Of a stretch of DNA of 64,000 nucleotides, positions 27,084 through 39,200 are shown piece by piece. This DNA is from Paraphysomonas bandaiensis (lineage: Eukaryota; Protista; Chrysophyceae). Within the stretch, counting starts at the first letter, position 1. Each line of letters begins with the position of its first letter. A model generated the notes under the pieces. That model was given only the letters and a program-made list of their open reading frames with translations, searched no databases and was not told the DNA's origin. A program made the translations under genes and the position numbers. The stretch is taken from NCBI GenBank assembly GCA_965644295.1, contig CBFFRP010000046.1:65276-129275 (forward strand), given 5' to 3'.

Positions 27084-28115
27084 TTAGAGTGAAGGAAAGG
27101 CCGAGGCATCATTGATGTCGACGCGAGATTCCTGACCACCCTTACGAGGTCCAGGAGCTCCCCGGCCTCTTCCGCCTCTGCCCTCCCCTCTTCCTCCACG
27201 ACCACGGCCACCTCTGGCCTCGCGACGATCATTGCGCTCTTGCTCAGAGGGACCACAAGAAAATCCGACGTCCAGAACCTGAGCATTCTTGGCTGCAAGC
27301 GCATATCAGTGACACTCAGAATAGCATATCAATGTACTCACCGGAACGCTTGTCCTTCTTGTTGCGCTGAGAAGACTTGGCACCGCCCAAAGCAATGAAG
27401 GTGTCTTCTTCCTCCTCCTTGGTCCTCAAGCCAGAAAAGTCAGCCTCAACCTTGCGAACAGAGACCTCCCCAAAAATTTCGGCATTAGCACGGGAGCTGT
27501 TGCGAGTAGCGAGGTACTCATCGAGAGTGTATGTGGGCACCTCAGGCTCAGCCTCTACCTCAGGCTCGGCAACCCATCCGACAGCCTCGGCACCCTCCTC
27601 ACCGGAGGCAGTAGCCTCGACATCAATGTCCTCTTTCACAGCCTGCTCGGCCTCCTTGTTGGGGTTGCCCCAGTTGGCCTTTCCAGCACCGCCCTTTGCA
27701 ACTTCCTTTCCACTAATGATAATGAGTTAGAGAAAACCTAATCCACTACAGCATTGCTCACCGTCCAGTGCCACTGCGTCTGTCAAACTCACGCTTTCTA
27801 GGAGGAGCATCTCCCTTCTCGTGTTTGCCGCCACGGCCAGATCGACCCCCTCTGTTGCCGCGCCCTCCTCCACGACCAGATCCGGGCTTCTCAGAAGCAG
27901 ATGGGGCTGACTCCACTACAGGGGCGGGAGCGGCCTTTGATTTGGTCTGGTTTCCTTTATTTGCCCCTATAGATATGTATATATGAGCACACGCACACAT
28001 ATGTATATATATGCAGACACACACCACTCTTAGTGTTAGTTGAGGTCTTGGAGGTAGACACCTTTGTGAATGTCTCATCCTCATCATCTGATTCAAGAAC
28101 AGAAAAGAAATTCAT
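27084..28115 (-). CDS. SERBP1: SERBP1/Stm1/HABP4-family RGG RNA- and ribosome-binding protein
   Basis: MNFFSVL start, RGG boxes, KREFDRRSGTGR|GKEVAKGGAGKANWG, TYTLDEY, C-terminal DINDASAFPSL*; three introns. Confidence 0.9.
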
Positions 28116-28395
28116 GACTTACACCTTCTCTATACTGCGAATGATGCTGACTGCTCTTTTAATGCAATTAGAATCCGCACTGTGAAACAAACACAACGCA
28201 AGCAGTCTGATTTGGTGGACTACAGCAGCAGTGGTGAAGAAAAAACACAAAAACGGGAAGATATGAGTCACTGATATACTCACCCCACGATAAGAGGCAT
28301 CTTGAAGAGGACCGAGAGAAGTTTCAGTTTATGCTTTTTATGTGAGATGCTGTATTCTCATCAGTATTTTCTGTATTTGGCAGACACGAACTACG

Positions 28396-28560
28396 TACCT
28401 ACCTACCTACCTACCTACCTACATACAGTACATACATACATACATACATACATACATACATACATACATACATACATACATACATACATACATACATACA
28501 TACATACATACATACATACATACATACATACATACATACATACATACATACATACATACA
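28396..28560. repeat. Compound microsatellite (TACC)n then (TACA)n, ~30+ units
   Basis: Visible directly; it generates spurious YIHT/MYVC ORFs. Confidence 0.97.
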
Positions 28561-28632
28561 CAGCAAGGGTTAGAATCATGCAGTGTTTGATCTATTGAAC
28601 AGATCATCATTACTTAGAATACTCTGGTAGCT

Positions 28633-29872
28633 ATGGCTGCTGAGCTGCCCACACCCGTCGTTGATCTGAAGAAGACCTCCAAGTATTTCTCTCTATGTCT
28701 GAGGGGTCTGCCGCATCACTATACGGGACTCGACACGAGCCGCTTGAGTGCAGTGAGTTACATGCATATGACACCATCCTCTTAACTGTATTCGTGTGTA
28801 TACGTGTATATACAGGTGTATTTCGCTGTGCTGGGACTGGATATGATCGGAGAGAGAGCGCAGATACCCCTTCAAGATACTGTTCATCACATCTTGTCTC
28901 TGCAGCTGTCGTTTCATCCACAATGCAGGCGTGTTGGTTACTCGGGATTCTTAGGATCAGCTTATTTGGGAGAGATTGTTAATGAGAGTTGCTGTGTGGT
29001 TGATGGGGAGTGTCGCACGCATAGAGATGAGTCCGTTCAGGCGGGATTTCATTTCTTTCAGGTTTATGAGTTGTATCCCTCCAACTGCAATAACAGTGTA
29101 ACGGTAGGGCCATATCGCGATGACGTATACTGCCATTGTAGCGCTGGTAGCTCTCGGAGATGATTTATCTGGCATAAATAAAGCGTCTATTATTGCGGGG
29201 CTGAAAGAGCTACAGGACCCCAGCGGTGCCTTCCGCAGCACATATTCTCCGTGTGAGTGCGATATGCGGTTCTTGTATTGTGCCTGCGCAATATCAGCAA
29301 TATTGGGAGACTGGAGTGGTGTAAATGTAGATAGAGCAGTGAACTATGTTAGGAGCTGTGTTACATATGAAGGAGGAGTGGGTCTCGTGCCCGGAGCGGA
29401 GGCGCATGGGGGTTCCACATACTGCGCTCTGGCCTCCTTGCAGTTGATGGGTCGACTGGACGCGCTGTCCTCAATGGAGAAAGACACAATGCTACGCTGG
29501 TGCTTGCGAAGGTGGGTCCTATATTGGTCATGTTTTTTCCGGTAACATTGGCTTTCTAGGCAAGACTCTGGATTTTCTGGGCGGACCAACAAGACCAATG
29601 ACACCTGCTACTCCTTCTGGATTGGTGCTTCTATTCACATCCTTGGAGGATTTCCGCTGACGGATGTGTTATCAACCCGTGGGTTTGTTGCCGGGAAATG
29701 TCATAGTGTAGCCACTGGTGGGTTTGGAAAAACTCCTGCGGCACCTCCAGATATTCTCCATTCGTTTTACTCACTTGCATGGCTTTCCTTGGCCGAGGAG
29801 CCCGGTACCCACATGATAGATACTTCCATAGGATTACGTCAAGATAGGAGCCCTCCGTTGTATCAACCCTAA
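28633..29872 (+). CDS. PGGT1B: Geranylgeranyltransferase type I beta subunit
   Basis: LPHHYTGLDTSRL, GHIAMTYTA..ALVALGDDL, DMRFLYCACAI, EAHGGSTYCALASL, GRTNKTNDTCYSFWIGA, PDILHSFYSLAWLSL. Confidence 0.92.
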
Positions 29873-30129
29873 TATATCTGTACAATTTACGTGCGTATTG
29901 TAATTGTAATTGGATTTAATACAGTATTGATTTTGTGTGGGGTGGTTGCTCGTATCGTTTGTTGGAAAAGTGATATCTACTTTGCGAACTATATTTAGAG
30001 CCAATATGGGTGTAGTGCACTACGATATATTTCTTCATAATATTTCTATTCATGTATTTATCGAGTCAGAGCCTGGCCATTACTTAAAGAAACGAAAAAA
30101 TGGAGATTTAAGTCTTCCCTTCATATATG

Positions 30130-31192
30130 AAAGTCTGATTATTACATGAGTACCGGTTGCGTACAGAAACTAGTTTATGTCTATAGACTAGCTAATAACT
30201 AGATTTGCTATATACTACTAGTGGCGGGCAACAGTCTCGGGACAGCTTGTGCATCGCTGCGAGCACCATGGTGCAACCGTCCCTTGTAGTGAGGTTAGTC
30301 GGGGGGTCTACCTTTGGGCAATGTGTCTGGCGGGCCTGTGCCATGAATTATGTGGGGGGTGGGTGAGGCGAGATGTATATGAGAGTGCAAGTCGGTGGTG
30401 GAGATGGTGCTGGTTGTTGAGGTGGGGTTTCGGCCACAGGTAAGGAGGAGTTGTTTCCGGAGTGGTTGCGCTTGCCTCTGTCGGGTTTGAACTCTTGTGG
30501 AGGATAGAATTCTAGGGGTGGTTGTCACCTGAGTACTTTATTGAGCAACACTAAGTAAGGGTGTTTATAACAACTTAGTTGTAATAGAACACTAAGTAAG
30601 GGTGTTTATAACAACTTAGTTGTAATAGAACCCTGTTCTCCAACACAGCAACTTGCTCCTCCAAAGAATTTATCATTCCATCTTTATCTAAAAGTCTCCC
30701 CTTAATTTATCTAAAAGGGGTGGATGTCGCCTGGAGTAGCTGGAGTACCTTTGGTGTCGGGTGAGTATCCTGGGGCTGGCGTTGCTTTGCGTGTGTCGGG
30801 ACCGGTGTCGCCGGTGCCGTGTCTACGTTGTGGTGTCTGTGTCCCCTATTGCGAAGCATGCGGAGCCCTCCATCATACAGGGGAAGTAGGATAGAGGCGA
30901 TGGATTTTTCTAGGGCGTGGAATTGATGTTCGAGCAGTGAGCTGGATATGTGGCGTCCGAATGCGTCGGCCATTTGTGTGGCAGTAATGTGGCCGGTCCA
31001 GTAGCGCTCAACCTGGGGGGTGGTTGGGTTCCATGCGGCTTTGGCTAGTTTGGTTATGGCGGTGTAAAACCAGGGATGGGGGAGCGTGCGTGTGCGAAGT
31101 TTGTCAAGCTTATTGTGGTGTGCTTGGTGGACATCTTCACGTATGTGAATGATGTCAGGGTGAGTGCAGGTGAGAAGCATGTGCGCCATGTT
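30130..31192 (-). mobile_element. 3' fragment of a non-LTR retrotransposon-like repeat (paralog of 61320-62180)
   Basis: Colinear similarity to 61320-62180; HMLLTCTHP resembles the C-terminal zinc-finger half of LINE ORF2; interrupted at ~30537-30710. Confidence 0.7.
30547..30628. repeat. Two exact 41-bp tandem units
   Basis: aacactaagtaagggtgtttataacaacttagttgtaatag at 30547 and 30588. Confidence 0.9.
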
Positions 31193-31454
31193 GTCTGTGA
31201 GTCTTCCCTTCAGGGAATGCCGTTCCACTGAGTAATTCATATAGCACAGCTGTATGGTGAACTCTAAACTTTAAAATACACTCTACTTTTTGACGTGTAC
31301 AATACTACATTAGGTGCTCGCTTTTGAGCTTTGTAAAGTGTAAAGTACAAATATACTTTATATATATTATAAAAAGATAAAAAGACATTCCTCTGTACGA
31401 GAATGTAAAATGCATCTCGTTAATTGTACCCATTATATCACAAAGGTCCGTACG

Positions 31455-31962
31455 TACGTATGTATTAGTATTAATTTCATATCAATTTCAGGTTAACGGT
31501 GTCGATTATTTAGAACTGAACGATCCACATGATGCAAGTGACAAGTTAGTACCCCTCAACAAACTCGGACTCGCACCTTGTCGTGTGGTGATCTGGGGGA
31601 TAAGTACCGGAGATATTTCTCCGGGAAACTAACACGAACCGCATAATATTATATAGTCATCAAATCTAGTTCTGCTTACTAATAGCCATATAATATATAT
31701 GATTGTGTGGTACAAGGGACACTAATAAGTGTAACTTGTGTAGACGTCTTTGTGCCTTGACGAATAAACAGTCAACGGAAATGGGCCCACCTCAAGGGCA
31801 CCCAGCATGTTCACCATAAGGACTCAAAAGTCCTGAAGGCAACAGATGTCAGGTATATCAAAATTCTGTTTGCTCACTGTGTTTTCTTTGTGTGATAGGT
31901 GTTAGAGCGAAAGTGGTTGCACCGTGGTGCTTGCGGTGACACGCAAGCAGCTTTTGTGGCGC
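31455..31962 (+). repeat. Copy of dispersed repeat family
   Basis: ccctcaacaaactcggactcgcacc...gtggtgcttgcggtgacacgcaagcagc; shares its upstream extension with 22103-22190. Confidence 0.85.
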
Positions 31963-33283
31963 TTAAAGCACAAACTCCTGATGAAACAATTTTAACGTTA
32001 TTTCTGAAAAGAGCTACTATTGGAATTGATTATGATTTAATTCAAACGTAATGGAGAGCTATCTTCATTTAAAATACTTAGGATTAATAGAGATTTCAGG
32101 TTAGAAATAGATGGAGACCCACACACCCACAAGTAGAAAATTTCAAGTAGATAAACGAAATGAACATATTGTAAAAAGAGATATTCCGATCATACCTCAA
32201 GATTGATAAATATTAAATTTAGGTTCACCATATTGCTTGAAATATTACTTCATATAGACTAATGTTCGTGTGTAGTGACGCCAATATATTATTCAATTTT
32301 TGTGTCCACTGCACAAGAATCTGTTTTACATCTAGTATTGGCATTCATGTGTAATATAGAGAACACCACGATAGTAGATGTCGTCTACTGAATGGTACAT
32401 CCAGGTTCTATATATTAGCATAATCGACTACACAGTAACCCTAATCATTACATAGCTCTCGTATGAACTGATCACCTTATGACATTCTACTTTCTATATT
32501 GTAGAAACCAGATGTAATGACTACGGGTGATTGAGCCTCGCTATCATGACTAACATTGCTGGTCTTATCATCCCTGTCCATGTGCACAGGTGATGTGGGG
32601 TAGGATAGTCTTCTAACAACACTCTTCACTTAACTTCCTCTTCTTACTCTTTACTTCGCTACTTCTTAACTTTCAACTCAACTACGATATCAACTTTCAC
32701 TATTATATCTAAAACTCCATATCCTTCTACCTATATCCCCATAGTTAATTCTAGAAGTGGTTTCCCAGCCATAAATAGCTAGTTTTCTACTTCCAGAAAT
32801 AATCATATAGAAATCCCTTAACATCCTGCTATCTACTCCTATATCATCCTACAGAATACCTACGTATACCATCATAATACTGTACGGGTTACCATGAACG
32901 TCCGTTACATCCGTATGTACGGGTAGTTCCGGTACCCTCCAACCCTATATATCTGGCCTTAATACTCGTATCTTCTAATCTAATCATAACTACCATCTAC
33001 ATCTCATCTCATACTACAACCTACATCACTTCATCTTATTCTTCAGCCATAACAACCTCCTAAATCACCCATACTTGACATACCCAATTTTGCTACACAG
33101 ACAATATGGGCTTAGTAACTGATACAATTCAGAACTGAAGTACTGCATTAAAAAAACACACACAAAAAGAAGCTTATTATTAGCATCTATTATTGTCACC
33201 ACTACAATATTACATATTCGACATTTATATCACGGAATGAGTGTGATTCATACATAGCACATAGAAACACTGTACTAAATATA

Positions 33284-36200
33284 TCATCCAGATCTCTCAT
33301 TGATGCTTACTCCATCTAAATCAATCGCAGAAGCACAAGTAATACACACTTGTACGAAACAACCAGTCGATTCGTTTTCAACTGTTCTGAATTCTTTCCT
33401 ATGGGAATCCTTCCTCTCGGTACTCAACGCTATCAGCTCATCGTACGAGAAATCAACAGCGGCTACTGTTTTGGGGTCTACTTCTCCTTCCCTGCCCTTC
33501 TGCAGAACAATCCTACACGAGCGTATATCACCAGGAGATGTACTCTCACAGGCAATGATTTCTTTAGAACTCATTATTAAAGTACCATCCTCACATCTCT
33601 CAATGGGAATTTCGTGCTTTCCAGTATCACAAGTGATGACGCACAATAGATCAGATACTGAGGAGACATCAACCGGGACCATACTGCCTACATTGTGAAT
33701 ACTTTGTATTTGCAACGACACCTGTTTGCGTTCTCCTTGAGGGGTGCTGCTACGGTTGTTGCTCGTATATGACATGTCATCAGACAGATGACTAAAGTTG
33801 TCCCCGCCACGAGATGCCACTGACGAGCGCATTCTTTTACTCGATGCCATTGACCTATTGTCACTGAACTTTGCCATAGGAGTAGAAAGCATTGGGCTGG
33901 CAAGGGCCTCCGGGGACCGCGAGCGCTCAGCAGACAGGGCATTATCACGATTTATATCTGCTTCGTCGTTATCATGTTTCAAGTGAAAAACAATTTTGTC
34001 CAGCGTCTCGCCAATACTGGACTGAAACTGATGGATCTTTGCCTGCAGATTTTTGTCTGCCGACTCGACGTCAGAGCTTAGATGACTACGAAGTTCATCC
34101 TCAGCAGAACTAGTAACTGCAAGCCGCATGGCTCTATTCATCGGAAACCATCCTATGTCATTGGAGTCTAAACTCCGCCTTACATACTGCTCCAGTCCAT
34201 CATCATCGTCTTTGTCCTGTTCCCATACGTAAATGATAAAATATAAATAGTTCCACATGTTGTGATCAAAACGGATGTGTGTTTTGAATCCGTTCGGAGT
34301 GTCTGCTGCTCGGTCGAAAATTTGTTTGTCAATACCACACATGAAACACTTCTCAGTCGTGTCGTGTAAACGTTCAATTTTCTTCGATCGAAGGTCACCA
34401 AAGGTATCAATAATGATACCGAAGATGACGTTGAGAAGAACAATAAGCACAATCAAAAAGTAAATGACGTCGATAGCATATCTTGTGTCGAGGGTGTGCG
34501 TCATTAAATCACCAGTTCCGTTCTGCAGACGAACTCCGTACCCAACACAATACTTAAAGCACTTATACAGGTTTTCGCAGTCTTTCTTCGTCTCGCCATC
34601 CAGAAATTCGTCTCTAAAATTGAAGAACTAAAGTACAATTAGATAAACGCAGAGTAATACAGTTCACAATACTCACAATAAAGAAAGAGAAAATGTACGT
34701 GACAAAAATTCCCAGCAGTAGAGTCATAGCCAGCTGCTTTCTAGGGTTGATGACGGCTAGTAATACGTCTCTAGTGGTGGAGTTTTTCACAATGATGTCA
34801 AGAAGTAAAAACGTCAGAAATATGTCACTGTAATTGATTGCCAGAAGACAAAAAATCATGTAAACAAAGTAATACATCGTTAGAGCGTCCACTGAGGTAT
34901 AAACAACAGTCATTAGCTTGCTATAACCAGCAGCTTCGTAATGCTGATACTTAACGGGAACTCTGACTACCAAGAAAAGAATCAGAGTGAAGGTTGCGAA
35001 TACCAGCTGGAATGTGTTCAGTGCGTCCACAACGATGCGGATTTCCTCAGGCATGCGTGGACCATCACCTCCCTTAGCAGTATAGTAGCAGAGGAGTAGC
35101 AGGTTAATTATGCATGCCAGGAAAAATGATATCCACGTCGCTCTATTTTGGTTAGCTCGACTGAATATACCACTAACGTGCCACTCCTTCAATACCTGTT
35201 GGTGCTTTATCTCGCGGTAAAGCTCATGAGATCGAAATACAAAATCTTGGAGCTTACTTTCCAGGTTACTTCTGTCTACATCTTCAACGAGCGCATCCTT
35301 TGATGCCTTGGCTAAATCAAAGCATATCTTAGGAATATGAAAAAAACGTCTTTGTAACTCGCCACGCCACAATATCTCCACACAAGCCACCTCCGCACCG
35401 ACAATATCCGTTGCATCCTTCACAAACTGCAACTCATTCCTTAGACTAGGTTTGTAATCGCAAAGCATCTGCAGCAGCACCAGCGATTCTGTTCTCAAAA
35501 CTGTGGTCGCCTCGGCCACTTCTTCAGAGTCTATCTCATCTTCTTCGGTGGAAGGAGCACACATGAGCTCAATGATGTCCAAGTGAATAACACTCAACAC
35601 TCTCTCGTAAACAGTCTTTAATCCACCTTGCCCTTCAAGCAATCCTTGTAAAATATCGATACCCGTCTTCTTCAGTTCCAACTCTTCCACAGGGACGCAG
35701 TCCCTAACCGGCTTCGTGCGCATTAGTCTGTTGATGGTCTCCACCAATTCCGTGTTCAGCACAAAGTGCTCTTGATTTTTCTGACACGGCCCTTGTATTA
35801 CCTCTAATATAGTAGCTGAAACACGAGTTCCTGCATTAGTTGACGTCCTACACGGTATACGACTGACGCAATTCAGGTACGAAACAAAATCGTCAAGAAG
35901 GTTTACGGATGAGGCGTTATTCGGTTGCTCGCGCATAATATCCTGGTTCGGTTGGTAGTGTCCCTCGCACATCAGCTGCAAAAATCGAACTATTACAATA
36001 TCTTCAGGAAGGTCGGGCTCTTCGTCTTCTTCTAAAACAATAACGTCATTCCATTTGTGCCAGTTGATCAAGTCCTGAATGGAAATACGCATTTGCCTGA
36101 AGAAGAGTTCAGAATCATTGTTGTCCAGGTAGTCGAACATAGTTTGCTGTACAGGCAGGTTCCCTCCCTCTAGAAAGAGCATTGCCACACACAGTTTTAC

Positions 36201-39200
36201 AGACTCCAGCATTAGACCAGCATCAATGCCGACACTGATTAAGTCAAGACAGAGAGTGGTAGCACCGCAACTGTTTAGAGCGTTGACAACAGGTGCGGCG
36301 GCGATATCTTCCTCCTCGCCACCGTCTTCGTCCCGCTCGTATATGCTCATTCCCCATCTGTTCTCGATCATAGTACGAAATGATCTAATGATCCACGTCG
36401 TCGTTTGAACACATCTACTATCCAAGCGCTTTACATTGTCCACAATTTCCAAGCGGTCTCGTACATGTGCCACTAACTTTTTAATGAAAGGCTCATAACG
36501 AACGTCACTAACTACAGATGTATTGTCCACAAACGGCAACTTCTCAATTTTTGCGATGAAGTGCTTATTTTCTTCTGAGGCAATTTCACGCACGTCGTCG
36601 CTATCAACTAGTGCAGCAAGGAATTCCGAATATTTTTTAGTTACTCTTACCTCGTTGTTGCTAGTTGAAACATCAAGGAGCTCCACACCACTTTCCTCTT
36701 CGTTCTCATCATCTCCCTTGTCGACAAGAGGTGCGCTAAAATCCATAACCAGCGACTTTCCAGCGCTTTTACTCAGACTATCCATGGCAAACATTAAATA
36801 TTTCTTATGCTCTTCTGAAAGGGATGAGAAATTTGGTTCATAAATATTTTTAACACACGTGAATAGAGTTGAGATCAACTCATGAATTTCTGTCAAAGTC
36901 ATCTGAACCATGTCACCCACTGGGACAACAGTATCGTCAGTTTTGATTTTCGCGGGGTCGTAGCAGGTTTGAAAAAACCCAGATACAATCATCGCACACA
37001 CCACGACATACTCGATCTCTTGTCTGCGCACGCCACTACCACCCCACCCGTGTTTTTCAATCTCCTGAAGACTGGGTACAGCATCCTCGAAGACTTTAAC
37101 ATAAGACTGTAGCAGACGCCACATCGCAGCCGACTGTCCCATTCCTGGAATGACAATCTCTACCTCTATCATTGCATTAAAGAGAAAAAGGCCGAGTCGG
37201 CATTTCGCCAGCAATATCGAACGCGGATCCAATATAGCATCTATTATATCCTTGGCATCAAATACGGATTGCACTTTGGCTTCCACTGTCGTGATATTAA
37301 TTCTACCTACAGTGCATCCAGACAACACTCTGAGGAACTCTAAGTGATACCCAAGTTCGTGTGGGAGGTCGTAAACAGAAATATCAGTTTTCTTATCTAA
37401 AAATGGCGCCATCATTTCCACCTTCTCTTGGTAGGATGGATGGTCGACAGGACAAAAGAAGACTACCATTTTTTGCAGACGGGCAGGAGCAATGAGCTGT
37501 TTAACAGTCTCGTACTGATTCTCTAGCACATTTTTTTCTCCAGCATGTGTGATTGAGGCTAGGAGTGACAAGTATTGAGGGTGTCTACCCTGGCGGCAAA
37601 CTTTCTCCGTAAATTCTGCGATATACGATCGTGGACAGGCCTTCATGAGAGCTTCATTGTTCTTGAATATAGCGTGTATTATTTTGTGGCTTCCTATATC
37701 CATGTCGAGAGTATTCAAGAAGAATTCAAGGTGATCATAAGCTAGAGCCTGGTTTTCGGAATTCTCTATCACGAACCAATAAAGTAACTCGTTACACAGT
37801 GCAACAATATCGCGATTATTTTGAGCGGCTAAGGGTTTGGTTGCCTCATCAATTTCGTTCAAAAGACGCAAAACTTTGAAAGCAACGTCAAAAAAACCTA
37901 AATTGCGAAGTAAATTCTGAATGGACGGGTCTGGCGCAAAATCCTCATCGAACTCGAGTACCTTCCTCTGAACTCGACATAAATCTGTCAGATCCCTGAG
38001 AATATCTTTAATAGCTTTGTCTGTCCTTCGATCCGCCTCTGTTTTCAACTCCCCCCACAACTCATTCGTTTCAGAAAACCTTTCTAAGTCTAAAAGAAAG
38101 TGGTCGATATTTCTGTACTGGCGTTCACGTTTAGACGACACTAGTAATTGAACTTTCTTTGCATTCTCGATCAGTACCATCGTAGACGAATGATGTGCCA
38201 TGAGTACATCTAAGAGGACTTGAACCAGGTCAGCATTTGTAAGCATCAAGTTGTCGATAAAAATATCATCAAATCCATCACACCCGAGGGATATTTCTCG
38301 ACACTCAGCTACGACCTTTCTGAATATCTCTGTAGGAGATCTTGTGTCTGCGCCACTCTCCCACTGATGAAATCCCCGTAAGAGTATTGACAAATTCCTG
38401 TCTTCAACAATTCTTTGTACATAGGCTAAAATATTTACAGCTTCAACCATTGTTTCGAGCTCATGTTCAGGAGCATTCGCATATCGTTCTGGCAGCTGCC
38501 ACTCGTCGTATTGCTTCACAGCCATATCCTTGAGTTTTTGAACCAAGCGTGCAGCACGGAACACTCGAACCAAACGCACAAGTCTGGCGACTCGAAGCGA
38601 TTTCGTGTACTTAGCTCCACTTCCAAGTACTCCAGGGGCTGCAATGATAAACACATCGATAATGACGACAACAATATCAATAACATTCAGTATATTAAGG
38701 AAAAACGGAACAACAACTTGTTCCACGGCCACATAGCAGTAAAACCGCAATAGTATTTCAGCACAGAAGACAGCGGTAACAAAGTACTCAAAATAAGTAT
38801 AGGATGGTCCCGTTGCTCCGGTGAAAGTCTGTGAGACCAGTACAGACAGGGCAACGACAACGAGCAACACTACAAATATGACGACCGGTAGGGACTCCAA
38901 AAATGTAAGCATACGCCGTTGCCAACTGTCTCCATCCGCCTCCGTGCCCATGCTTTCGAAGGAGCCATTTCCAGCAGAAATTTCAGTCATGACTTTCGAC
39001 GGACCTCGCTGAATACGTGGTCGCTTCTTCGAACTGGAAGTCCCACTCCTGCTTTTGGGGCGTTGTGTCGATTCCTCTGTGCCTTCGTCAAGTCTTCTCC
39101 TATCCAAGGCAGCAATTAAAGGGCCAATAACATCCATAAGCTTTTCAGTAGTGCCATAGAAGTTAAACATGACCAGCTTGTGCATAAGCTGCATCATATG

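Noticed and set aside
28302-28610. ORFs with YIHT/MYVC repeats
   Set aside because: These are translations of the TACA microsatellite.
30547-30628. CRISPR-like repeats
   Set aside because: Only two adjacent units with no spacer, no cas genes, and a eukaryotic context.
38529-38924. Voltage-sensor insert as an Hv1 proton channel or a separate nested gene
   Set aside because: S1 lacks the Hv1 selectivity Asp and S4 lacks the RxWRxxR signature. It is in frame within one long exon, with IP3R homology on both sides.
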